A stretch of DNA of 64,000 bases from a virus: positions 38,742 through 102,741 of IMG/VR virus record IMGVR_UViG_3300045131_002298; one strand, 5' to 3'. A program made the position numbers and the translations under genes. Below are positions 37,660 to 47,845 of the stretch, piece by piece (the stretch's first letter is position 1; each line of letters opens with the position of its first letter). The notes under the pieces are model-generated. The model searched no databases. It was not told where the DNA came from and saw only the letters and a program-made list of their open reading frames with translations.

Positions 37660-38234
37660 ATGTATTATACAGTTTCATTAGATATCATATCAAAAAATAC
37701 ATTAGGAGACGGAGGAGCAGACTATCCTATTCAAGATTATAGGGAATCATGGAATCTTAATACTTACCAGAAAAGAGATCACAGTATTCCTGATGTTAAT
37801 TCTATTTTACAGGTAGGGTCCGGGTTAGATACTAGTGTGTCTGTATTGGTAGAAATACCTGATGGTTGGCATGAGGATGATCTAAGAGTCTGTCGCTTTG
37901 CTGCTTTTAAGCGAGGCAAAGACTTAATCTTAAAATATCTTAATGGAAAGCCCCTTACATATTTTAAAGGTGATTTATAGGAAAATCGATGGATTCCTTC
38001 AATTATAAGATAACTTTATTTCCGGGACAGGATGAATATGATAACTTATATACAGCAGGTAATGCCATTTTTACTAGGCAGGAAGAAGGATATAGAGTAA
38101 ATGTCATGGTGAAAGTTGACGGCATGTCTGAGCATGTTGATATCTGGTATGGGCAGGAAGGAGAGGAAAGATATTCTGTTGATGAGATTTGTAGTCATTT
38201 AAAAATTAACATAAAATGGTTGACGGAGAAATAA
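37660..38234 (+). other. two hypothetical genes (37660..37980, 37989..38234)
   Basis: Coupled ORFs. Confidence 0.5.
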
Positions 38235-39254
38235 ATGGAAAGAAAATTAGCATCTATCCAAAGAGTTAAGGCAATAGACCCAATAGATAATGCGGATGCA
38301 ATAGAAAGAGTTAGCATTCTAGGATGGGCTTGCGTAGCCAGAAAAGGTGAGTTTAAAGTTGGAGATCTTTGTGTGTATTGTGAAATTGATTCCATGTTGC
38401 CAGAGATAGACGCATTTGAGTTTATGCGGCCTAGAGGATTCAGAGTGCGCTCCATTAGACTTCGCGGGCAGATTAGCCAAGGCATAGCTTTACCTATCAG
38501 TAATCTTAATTTAAATATCAGCTATCTCCAGGAAGGTGACGATGTAACCCAACAACTAGGAATAAAGAAATACTTTAGGCCCGGAGACAGAGAGATTCGT
38601 GCCAGACTTTTTGCTGACGCTAAAGGCCTACTTCCCGGGTTCTGCAAAAAAACTGATGAATTTAGAATTCAGTCATATCCTAGGTTATTAGACGATATGT
38701 CGGGCATGGAGGTTTATCAGGCAGTAAAACTGGACGGTAGCTCAATGACTGTATATTATAATAATAAGATAGAGGAGCCTTTCGGTGTTTGCTCTCGTAA
38801 CCTTAATCTTAAAGAAGATGAACAAAACAGCTTTTGGAAAGTGGCAAATAACTATGGATTAAAGGAAAAACTAGAAAAACTAGACATTAACCTATACCTT
38901 CAACTGGAACTTTGTGGCCCCGGGGTCCAGAAGAACCCATTAGGTTTAAAAGACTTAGACGCCTTTACCTTTAACGTCCATTTCTTGGATAGTGGGACAT
39001 ACGGTGGAAAAGAAGAGATAGAAGAAATATGTAAGAAGCTGGGACTCAAAACTGTACCTATTGAAGATGTTTACATAATGAACTATGCTCTGGAAGACCT
39101 ACTAGAAAAAGCTAAAGGTAAATATGATGGTACTAAGAATCATAGGGAAGGAATAGTAGTAAGGCCTCGAGAAGCTAAACTGTCTCCTCGGCTGGGTTAC
39201 GCGCTACTTTCATTTAAATGCCTCAATAATGATTATCTACTGAAAGAAGAATAG
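38235..39254 (+). CDS. ATP-dependent RNA ligase (DRB0094/Rnl2-like with N-terminal OB fold)
   Basis: RKLASIQ...PI.NAD.IE, EIDS, LRGQISQG, KTDE.RIQ, KLDGSS, CSRN, EL.GPG.Q.N, REG.V, SFK. Confidence 0.9.
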   Translation: MERKLASIQRVKAIDPIDNADAIERVSILGWACVARKGEFKVGDLCVYCEIDSMLPEIDAFEFMRPRGFRVRSIRLRGQISQGIALPISNLNLNISYLQEGDDVTQQLGIKKYFRPGDREIRARLFADAKGLLPGFCKKTDEFRIQSYPRLLDDMSGMEVYQAVKLDGSSMTVYYNNKIEEPFGVCSRNLNLKEDEQNSFWKVANNYGLKEKLEKLDINLYLQLELCGPGVQKNPLGLKDLDAFTFNVHFLDSGTYGGKEEIEEICKKLGLKTVPIEDVYIMNYALEDLLEKAKGKYDGTKNHREGIVVRPREAKLSPRLGYALLSFKCLNNDYLLKEE

Positions 39255-39303
39255 CATAAAAGGCCAAAAGATTAAACTTAGTAGGTCAAAGAAATAATAA
39301 AGC

Positions 39304-39332
39304 TTGACTAATCTTTCATTATAGTGTATCAT
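39304..39332 (+). promoter_or_regulatory. sigma70-type promoter
   Basis: AAAGC-TTGACT-N17-TATCAT. Confidence 0.6.
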
Positions 39333-39373
39333 AATGAGTATCTTTTAAAAGAAAAATAAACTACGGAGAAAAA

Positions 39374-39778
39374 ATGGAAACAAAAGAATCTTTTATGGCA
39401 CGGTGTACTAATGATCTAATCACTGCTGGGAAGTCCAGTAGACAGGCTAATACATCTTGTGAAATAGCATGGAACCGACTAAGAAAGTCAGAAGGAATGC
39501 GAAAATCAGATTTTATTAGAGACGTAAGAGACGACGGTATAGATTTTTCAGACGCACTTATTTTGGCTGGACTGGCTTATATGTGGCTAAGCGACGGCCC
39601 TGAAAGCTATAGTAGCAGGGAAAGTTATGATCAAAGTACACCAGCTGTAGATACTGATCCCGATTACTCTAATTCATATTCTTCTTCAGACTCGGGAAGT
39701 TCTGACTATAGCTCTTCTTCCAGTGATTATAGTTCCTCTTCGTATGATTCTGGTGGAAGTTTTAGTTCTAGTGATTAA
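39374..39778 (+). CDS. protein with E...FM.RC domain and Ser/Asp/Tyr low-complexity tail
   Basis: N-terminus resembles the 34090/34303 proteins. Confidence 0.65.
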   Translation: METKESFMARCTNDLITAGKSSRQANTSCEIAWNRLRKSEGMRKSDFIRDVRDDGIDFSDALILAGLAYMWLSDGPESYSSRESYDQSTPAVDTDPDYSNSYSSSDSGSSDYSSSSSDYSSSSYDSGGSFSSSD

Positions 39779-39797
39779 AAGAAAATAGGAGGATATT

Positions 39798-39971
39798 ATG
39801 GAAGCACTTGGACTTCTTTTGTGGGCCTTTTGCTTTGTAGGAAGCGGCTATATTGCGAGCCAGAAGAATCGTTCAATTGGAGCATGGCTTGTGTTGGGTT
39901 TCTTTTTCGGTATAGTGTCACTAATAATAGTGGCTCTACTTCCGGCCTTACCTAAGAGGTTGGAGCTGTGA
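39798..39971 (+). CDS. small membrane protein (57 aa, not in the ORF track)
   Basis: AGGAGG RBS; YIASQKNRS..AWLVLGFFFGIVSLIIVALLP two-TM pattern. Confidence 0.7.
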   Translation: MEALGLLLWAFCFVGSGYIASQKNRSIGAWLVLGFFFGIVSLIIVALLPALPKRLEL

Positions 39972-40060
39972 TTGTAGTAGATATTTTAGGTAGTTATTAT
40001 ATAATTGTAACAGTTGTACCTACATGGTATTCTTTATTTGCATAGGAGGATGCAGATATA

Positions 40061-40825
40061 ATGTTTGACTTAAGCGTTAATACTTTTAATTTACAGGATA
40101 TTAAGCGGCTCTCTTTGGAGGAAGAGCGCGAGCTGGCAATCAACTATTTTGAGTATAAAGATAAAGAGGCGGCACATAAACTAGCAGTATCCCACTTACC
40201 TTTAGTAGTTAAGGTTGCATGGAGATATGCGCATTACTTTCAGGTTTATGTAGAAGATTTGATACAAGAGGGCATGGTTGGATTAATGAAAGCAATACAA
40301 GCTTTCGATCCTTATGCTGGCTTTAGATTAGCCTCATTTGCTTATAAATGGATCCGTAAAGAGATGAAACTTTTTATTATGCAAACTTGGAGCTTAGTTA
40401 AAATAGGAACTACTACTGAGGAACGTAACACCTTCTTTAGGGCCATTGATATTTCTAAAGAAAAAGAAGAAGGAAATACAGAAGAAATTAAAGCACTGGC
40501 TATTCGTATAAAGCAACGCGATTATTACTTATCTACTAAATTTAGTGAAGATACTGAAGATACTTTTATTGATCTAGTAGAAGATCCTAAAGAAAATCCG
40601 GAAGAATTACTTTCTAGGCAGCTTTTGCAAGGACTTATACAAAAAGCCATAGGCACATTAGCAGAAAACGAAAAAGGTATCATAGAAAAAAGATACTTAA
40701 AAGATAATAGGTCGTTGCAATCAATTGCAAATTCTATGGGTATTAGTAAGCAGCGTGTAAATGAGTTAGAAAAACGCGCTCTTAATAAAATAAAAAACTT
40801 TTTAGTTGAAAGTGAGGTATTTTGA
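40061..40825 (+). CDS. sigma70-family factor, RpoH-like
   Basis: LSLEEERELA, HL.LVVKVA, DLIQEG..GLMKA...FDP..GFRLAS, WSLVKIGTT..R..FF, region 4 HTH. Confidence 0.88.
   Translation: MFDLSVNTFNLQDIKRLSLEEERELAINYFEYKDKEAAHKLAVSHLPLVVKVAWRYAHYFQVYVEDLIQEGMVGLMKAIQAFDPYAGFRLASFAYKWIRKEMKLFIMQTWSLVKIGTTTEERNTFFRAIDISKEKEEGNTEEIKALAIRIKQRDYYLSTKFSEDTEDTFIDLVEDPKENPEELLSRQLLQGLIQKAIGTLAENEKGIIEKRYLKDNRSLQSIANSMGISKQRVNELEKRALNKIKNFLVESEVF
40715..40730. repeat. 16-bp palindrome copy 6 (within the sigma gene)
   Basis: TTGCAATCAATTGCAA. Confidence 0.85.
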
Positions 40826-41463
40826 ACAGAATATTTTTAATGTTTATGGCGGTTGTAATAACAGGTGTGGCACCACTGCCCTCTTATACAAGTATGGACC
40901 CACATGCTATTTATTTTGAAAAACATTTACCAGTGGTAATATCTAAGTTAGAGGAGAAAGATTTTAAAGGCCCAATTGGCCCTATTATGGCCCAAAGGGC
41001 TTTAGCTAGACAGATTTTGGAAGACGGATTATCTAAAAAACCTGAGAATAGCTGTGCCGGAATATCTAAGGGTGGATTTAATTCCGCTATTGCTAATGAA
41101 GTATTGAGAGATTATAATTTAAACGTTGGCAGTATACGAGATAGTTCAGGAGATGGTCCTTTCTTTTATTTTAAGGGGCCTCAGGCGAACATTGCTTCTA
41201 CTATTATAATAGCTAAACTATTCGATTTTTATGTTGGAAAGTTTATGCATCAAAAAGAAAAGAAAACGTGGTTTATGGCAAAAGAAGTTTCCAAGGGGAT
41301 ACATCAAAATCCTGATTCTTTTGAATTAAATCATAAATTCTATTGTCAACTAGACCCGGATAAAATTGCAAAAAAGAGCTGTGGGATTTTTGGACCCGGT
41401 GCCCCTGCAGCAGAAAATATCATTAAGAGGAGTCAAACAAATGGAACTATGCCAAAAAATTGA
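40822..41463 (+). CDS. hypothetical exported protein
   Basis: N-terminal signal-like hydrophobic stretch. Confidence 0.5.
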   Translation: MNRIFLMFMAVVITGVAPLPSYTSMDPHAIYFEKHLPVVISKLEEKDFKGPIGPIMAQRALARQILEDGLSKKPENSCAGISKGGFNSAIANEVLRDYNLNVGSIRDSSGDGPFFYFKGPQANIASTIIIAKLFDFYVGKFMHQKEKKTWFMAKEVSKGIHQNPDSFELNHKFYCQLDPDKIAKKSCGIFGPGAPAAENIIKRSQTNGTMPKN

Positions 41464-41761
41464 AGACCTTACTTGTAAAAACTGTATTTATAGTAACCCG
41501 GATGGGGAAGAAAAAGGTGACGAAGAAGTAAGCTATTATTGTTACTATAATTATATAGAACCAGAGGATTGTTCTGATAGGTGGGTGCCTGATACTTTTT
41601 TTTGTCATGATGGAGAGTGGGCTGCTAAAGTAAAGGTTGAAGAAAGCGAATACGAAAATGGAAAAAAAGTTCGTAGTAATTTTACTGAATGTGTTAAGGT
41701 AGCAAATCGTCAGAATATGGTTTGCTGCTTCTTAAACGATGGCGTGTTTGACTGGTTTTAA
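41441..41761 (+). CDS. hypothetical Cys-rich protein
   Basis: CxxC...C...C; GAGGAG RBS before ATG 41441. Confidence 0.55.
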   Translation: MELCQKIEDLTCKNCIYSNPDGEEKGDEEVSYYCYYNYIEPEDCSDRWVPDTFFCHDGEWAAKVKVEESEYENGKKVRSNFTECVKVANRQNMVCCFLNDGVFDWF

Positions 41762-41764
41762 ATT

Positions 41765-41794
41765 ATAAAAAAGGAGGGACCTAAGGTCCCTCCT
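41765..41794 (-). terminator. hairpin terminator, oriented antisense or bidirectional
   Basis: AGGAGGGACC-TAA-GGTCCCTCCT preceded by an A-run. Confidence 0.55.
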
Positions 41795-41806
41795 GGAAAG
41801 AGAAAA

Positions 41807-43729
41807 ATGTCAATAATTATCGGTTGTTATGTTATCTCTCGTAATGATATAGATGAAATTGTAGAGTGTCTTAAAGCACAAGAGACACTAGCTAATGTTG
41901 TAGTTTTAGCTATAGATGCCCCCGCTTCTAAAGAGCTTACTGATAAATTGCTTGAATTTAAAGAGACCTATCTTCCTGATTTATATGTATATAAACAAAT
42001 GTGGGAAAATGATTTTTCTAAAGCTAGAAATAATTGCTTATCTATACTACTAGGAAAATATCCAGAATGTGATTATGTTTATTGGGTAGATAGTGATGAT
42101 GTATGGGACCCTTCTGTAAAGCTTGGCAGGCTTACCGAGAGATTAGAAGCCGCTAAACCTAACTCAGTTATTCTTCCTTATGAATATGGAAAAGGAATTG
42201 CATTAAATAGGAAGCGTTTCTGGAAAGTTGCAGAAGACGGAAAAAGTCCGTATACTTGGGTAGGGGCGGCTCACGAAGTAGAGCAACTTGTTTTGCCAGA
42301 ATACGCGGGAGAAGTTACTTGGGAAGAATACAAACTCACTCATAATAAAAAAGAAACCCCTGAAGAAAGTAATAAAAAACGCGCCCGTAATATAAAAATT
42401 CTACAAAAGGCAGTAGAAGAGGATCCAGATAATGTTAGAAACTTGTTTTATTTATCCAGAGAGCAGTATAATAACGCTGCTTATCCTGACGCTATTAGTA
42501 ACTATGATCTTTACCTAAAGAAAAGTAATAATATTACTGAGAAATATCAGGCTTATCTTGATCTTATGTATATTTATGTACACTTAAAAGAATTTGACAA
42601 AGCAATTGATGCCGGACTTACTGCTGTAAATATGTATCCTAATGTTGCCTTTGCTGCTACTATATTGGGGGATATTTACAGAATTCAAGAAAAATGGGCC
42701 TTAGCTGCAGTCTGGTACGAGTACGCTGTTAACTCCCCTCATGCACCAGTTATCTTTGATTTCGTCTCTATGAGGACGATAGCCCCCTTAAGATGGCTTT
42801 CTGTTGCCTGTCAAAGATTAGGAAGAGCAGAAGATGCTTCTTATTATCATAAAAAATGTGGAGATTGTGAAATTCAGGATGGACTCCAGGAACATAACAG
42901 TGTCTGGCTATTCAGTAATAACCACGTTCCTAACTATATAAATCATCATTTTCAAGCTACTGAAAAACATATTGATCCTAATGACTATATGATAGTAAAA
43001 AACTTTAATGATGCTGAAGTTAAGAAGAGTATAAAGTCTATACTGGATTACAACTCTGAAATGGCTATAGTGAGAATACTAGACGAAGGCAAAGAAAATG
43101 CAGCGTGTGTAATCTTTAAAGGCTACCGGGACGATATAGAGGGCATGACTGAAGAGGAAAAAGAGCAAATTAAAAATTACACTTATGATGATTTAGTTCA
43201 CCCTGATCAGTTTAGATTATTTGAAGAATTCTATAAATTTGCGGTAGATTTTGCTTTAAATAGGGTTAGTGGTGGGCCTATTGATATTGTAGAACTGGGA
43301 TCAGATCAGGGATTAAGTGCGCGTTTCTTTATTAATAATTTAGGTTATACACTTAGGAAAGCTACTTTTATAGATACAAATATACATCCTCACCTTTTTC
43401 CGCTTATTGATAATCAGAAAACATTTTTTATACAGGACTTGGCAGAAAATGCAGCGGAACAATTTGAGGATAACTCGGTTGATATTTTACACGTGGATAC
43501 TGCACCACATACATACGCTGCTCAGAAGGTTCAGTTTGAATTATTTCTTCCTAAGCTTAAGAAAACAGGGATAGTCATATTTCACGATGTAGGTGTTTCT
43601 AGAGATTTTAATTTTACAGGAAGAAAGGTTTTAGAAGAGTTGCGTTATCCCTGGGCTGTATGCTATGATAAAGAAAACGACATGTATCCAGATGTAAGCC
43701 CTGGGTTTTGTTATAGAATTGACTATTAA
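41807..43729 (+). CDS. GT2 glycosyltransferase - TPR - class I methyltransferase fusion
   Basis: W.NDFS.ARN, DSDD (DxD), W.G.AHE, TPR-like helices, VELG...G.S, DILHVD..H.Y, LK..G...FHD. Confidence 0.82.
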   Translation: MSIIIGCYVISRNDIDEIVECLKAQETLANVVVLAIDAPASKELTDKLLEFKETYLPDLYVYKQMWENDFSKARNNCLSILLGKYPECDYVYWVDSDDVWDPSVKLGRLTERLEAAKPNSVILPYEYGKGIALNRKRFWKVAEDGKSPYTWVGAAHEVEQLVLPEYAGEVTWEEYKLTHNKKETPEESNKKRARNIKILQKAVEEDPDNVRNLFYLSREQYNNAAYPDAISNYDLYLKKSNNITEKYQAYLDLMYIYVHLKEFDKAIDAGLTAVNMYPNVAFAATILGDIYRIQEKWALAAVWYEYAVNSPHAPVIFDFVSMRTIAPLRWLSVACQRLGRAEDASYYHKKCGDCEIQDGLQEHNSVWLFSNNHVPNYINHHFQATEKHIDPNDYMIVKNFNDAEVKKSIKSILDYNSEMAIVRILDEGKENAACVIFKGYRDDIEGMTEEEKEQIKNYTYDDLVHPDQFRLFEEFYKFAVDFALNRVSGGPIDIVELGSDQGLSARFFINNLGYTLRKATFIDTNIHPHLFPLIDNQKTFFIQDLAENAAEQFEDNSVDILHVDTAPHTYAAQKVQFELFLPKLKKTGIVIFHDVGVSRDFNFTGRKVLEELRYPWAVCYDKENDMYPDVSPGFCYRIDY

Positions 43730-44333
43730 AATAGGAGAGTATATGATTACTAAATTGAAAGAATGGCTGATGTCTTTCTTCCGAAAAGAAGAAAAGAGAA
43801 TAAAACTTGATTTACACATAGATCCTAAACCTAATATACAAAGAATTTTTTTGGATAACTATGAAGAATTGGAAACACATGGTTGGTATATAGTTAGGTT
43901 GGATACCTTTGATGGAAAATGGGAAGTTATAACTGGACCGGAGAAATGAAATGACAGATGAAAAAGCCTTACAGCTATTTAAAGACATGATTAAGTTATA
44001 TAATACAGAAAGACCGGGGCAGCTCTGGGCTGCTTTTAATGCCCTTTCTTTACAGGAAAAGAAAGACTTTAGTTCTATCCTCAAAGGACTGTGGTCCTTC
44101 CACGCAATTACAGAAGCTCAGCGTAAGATATTAGCAGAAGCTACTGGGACGGAATTTGTTCCTAGGAAGAGACCAGAGTGGATGGAGGACTAGCATGGAG
44201 CTAGAGAGACTCGACATTGATTGCTACGTGGAGGAAAGAATATGTAGGCTGTTGAAAGTCGAGAGGGGATTTTTTATAGAGATCCATGAGAAGATATATA
44301 ATCATTTTAAGGAAACGGGAGAGGGAGCGAAAA
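43719..44333 (+). other. run of small hypothetical genes
   Basis: Coupled short ORFs (43719..43949, 43951..44193, 44156..44389). Confidence 0.45.
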
Positions 44334-44972
44334 ATGACAAAAGTAATAGCAATTTGCATGAGTATTCTAGCATTAGCAGCTATAGCTAATGCACAAGTTT
44401 CTATTGGAATTTCACCTACATATTCCACACAGACAACACAAAATTTATTTTTGAACAGTGTCTTTGAAAATAAAAATATTTCTTGTGAGGTGGAAGTAGG
44501 ATTAGTATCAATTTGTACTGTTAGGGGCTACCACCTATGTAATAGGGAGTACAACGCAGCTATCAGTATTTTTGATGAGAAGGAAAAAAAGAGCTTACCT
44601 GCTACATTTACTTATGGATTCAGTGCCAGTAGAATAGAGATAGGGTATCCTTTTCGTCTCTCTGGCGCATTAATCGAACCTTTCTTCGTAGACTCTTATA
44701 CGAGAAATTATAATACTATTGTGGGAGATAAAATAAATTATGTAGATAACTCAACAAGTAACACAAGGGGTCTTGGTGTATACTATTCCCAGCTATTATA
44801 TAAGGGAAACAATGCCAGTATAAAGGGATTCTATACTCCAAAAGATTATGTTTTAGATTTTAGATATAATCGTTTTAATAATAGGGCCGCTTTAGGGCTA
44901 GGCTATTCGTATAGAGTATATGACAATATTAAGATAAGTGGGCCTTCCATTAATTTTCTTCTAACCTTTTAA
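44334..44972 (+). CDS. putative outer-membrane beta-barrel protein
   Basis: Signal peptide ending ANA-Q, alternating beta-strand pattern, C-terminal Phe. Confidence 0.6.
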   Translation: MTKVIAICMSILALAAIANAQVSIGISPTYSTQTTQNLFLNSVFENKNISCEVEVGLVSICTVRGYHLCNREYNAAISIFDEKEKKSLPATFTYGFSASRIEIGYPFRLSGALIEPFFVDSYTRNYNTIVGDKINYVDNSTSNTRGLGVYYSQLLYKGNNASIKGFYTPKDYVLDFRYNRFNNRAALGLGYSYRVYDNIKISGPSINFLLTF

Positions 44973-45168
44973 ACGGAGGTTGTGTGGAACAAACACAAGA
45001 AGTTTTTGAAATTTCTGTGGAGTCTCCAGGGGCTCCTAAATATTTTGTGTATAAAGAAAAGCTAGCGAATCAACTAAAAGAAAAACTTGATAAGGAATAT
45101 GGTAAAAGTTATAAAGTCTCATTAAAACGGCACCTTGATAAGAAAAACGCGCCATTTAAAAAAATTGC

Positions 45169-45197
45169 TTGACAAGCGTTAAAAAATATGTTATAAC
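45169..45197 (+). promoter_or_regulatory. sigma70-type promoter
   Basis: TTGACA-N17-TATAAC with TG. Confidence 0.75.
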
Positions 45198-45234
45198 TCT
45201 TTCATAGAAAATAAAATATGAAGGAGTTTTTTTT

Positions 45235-47844
45235 ATGCTCGCATATGAAATCACCCGCTTTAATAGAGATTATAATAACCGGGAGGATGAGGATCCTGCC
45301 TACACAAAAAAAATAACTTATAATCCGGTAGAGGTTATGAGTTTTCTTGAAACTGGAATAATCCCAGAGTCTACGGTAGTTATATTAGTATGGGACGAGA
45401 AGAAATTTGTAGCCAGTTTCACTTATGGGGCTTGATAATTGGATAGTTACTTTAAGATATTAGAAGATTTTGGAGTGGAGCAAGAAGAAGAGGCAATTTC
45501 TATATTGGAGCATGTGCGCTTTGTTCATCCTACTCCATCAGAAGATACGTATCGTATATTAATTGGCATGTTACGCTTGAACTTTGGGTCACCTCCTAAT
45601 ATGAGGAAGATTTTAAAAGAGTATTGTCCAAATGATCCCGAGCTCGATGAGGAATATCAATCCACAGCGAATAAAGTAGCCGGGTATTTTAAAAAGTTAA
45701 TTAGAAAAGGAGAAGATAATGACTTCTAAATTAGAAGAAGGCTCACCCTTCTATGAACTAGCGGAATACTGGAAAGCAGCATATCCGAATCAAGATGTAC
45801 AAATTGGATTTGGCTTAGGTAAAAAAACTGCTGTTACTACTTTAGATGATTATATTGAAATATTTGGTGATATATGTAAAATTCGTTACAGCCGCAGACG
45901 CGGGTATCGAGGAATTGTTAAGAGAGATGGCAGAAAGATAAGGTGGTTTTAATATGTTAGAGCTACTACAAACAGCGCTTCAAACTAAAATGAGCATTGC
46001 TTCAGCAATCATACTTTCTACGCTATCTCTATCTGGTGGCTTCTTATTAGGGCTTTTAACTGGAATGAGGAAATGATATGGAGATAGCTATTATCGTAAT
46101 TATGGTTAGTCTACTTATTTTTCTTCTGGGGGCAATAATTATGCCCACTAAAAAAGACCGCGAAATAAATCACATACTAACTGTAAGATTATTAGAAGGA
46201 AGAGATCCTTCTATAGGACCCGAAGGATACCGTGACGGGGAAATTAAAGATATTATATGGGTAGATCATTCTATGAGAAAAGTAAGGTGGGATCAAGCAT
46301 ATGGTAGCTGGAGATTGGTTAAATGATTGATTTATATATAATATTTTATTGGTATCTGCTAATAAGTATTCTTTCTTGCTTCTTCATAGTAATATTTTGT
46401 ATTACCTGCTTAGTAGTAGACTGGTTAAGGATGTTAAATGAAGATAAAAAAAAGTAAAGATATTATATACAAGGACCCAGTTCCTATTACGCAAGGTTGG
46501 AGTGTGTTGATAAAATCAGCCAAGGGAAAGAACATTAAGGCTGTAGTAAGAAATATTAAATGCGAACCTAATGGAAGTTGGCAAATGGATATACACCGAG
46601 AAAATGATGACATGTTTATAATGACTATGAGATGGGAGGACATCTAAATGGATTTAGAGAAAATTACAGATGCCGTGCACAGTTGCATAAAAAAAGAGCT
46701 AGCAAAGCAGGGAGAACCTTACACTTTTACTACTACTGGAGAAGTTATGTGGGGCGTGGTACGTATGCTTACTAATAAACAAAACTCTCCCTATCTTAGG
46801 ATTATTGACTTTGGGGAAATGCTTTCTCCTTTTTCCGAGGAATTTGATAAGACTATTCCTCCCAAGATAATGGAAAATATTAGAGATCTCGCTAGTCTTA
46901 TTGTAGAAGAGGCCAAAGAAAAAGATGTTACTATCACTCCTATGGTGAGAAGACATTTAGATAAAATATTAGCTGGTTGGGTACCTTATGGGTATACAAT
47001 ATATGAGGAAGAGGAATGTAATGCCAACATACAGGATTGATCACGCCCTAGGAAAAGAATTATGGTGGATAGAGAGTAGGGAAAGTAATAATCACTCTCT
47101 TTCTATAAATACTGTTTACGAGGTGACTTTAAAAATAGCTACTTCTGACCTAGTTCCCGGGGAGGCAGTCTGGGTGGATCAACCGAATCCTCTTGCCGCC
47201 TTTTCTCATGCACTAATGCTATTTAACGGAGAGACTAAGTGATCTATCAAATGTCTTGTGAGCGAGTAGAATCAGACCCTTATAAGCTGCACTGGCATAT
47301 AAGGCAAAATGATACTTATACTTTTGGGGATTGTCAAGATCAATATAGGTTTGCTAACTGGTGGTCTATTGATGAGATAGAAGAGGAATGTTTAACCGGG
47401 TACCTAGGAGATTATTGGTGGCTAGACGTAACGGCCTCCAATATAGCAACAGCGTTTAGAATAGGATTATACAAGATATTAAAAGGCATGGAAGAAGAAA
47501 ACCTACATCGTAAAAACCCCAATCGCTATGAATTTAAAAAATACACCCATATAGTCACGGTAGGCTAGAATATGAAATATGACCCTTATGGCGATCTTAG
47601 ATATTTTGAACCTTTTGAGGCTCCCTTTAAAGTACAAAGTAGCTTTAGGTGGGTAGAAATAAAAGAATGCGCTTGGTGTGGAGAAAAAGACATAATAGTG
47701 ACTTTTGATAATATAGAAGAAAACGAGAATAAGATTATATGCCCTATCTGCCGTTGTTACTTTCAAGATTATACACTAACTTATTTAAAATTTTATAGAA
47801 AAATTATGGTAAAACGTTGGTTTAAAAATTTATTAGGAATTTAA
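45235..47844 (+). other. array of about 12 small hypothetical genes
   Basis: Head-to-tail short ORFs downstream of promoter 45169; no recognisable motifs. Confidence 0.55.
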
Positions 47845-47845
47845 T

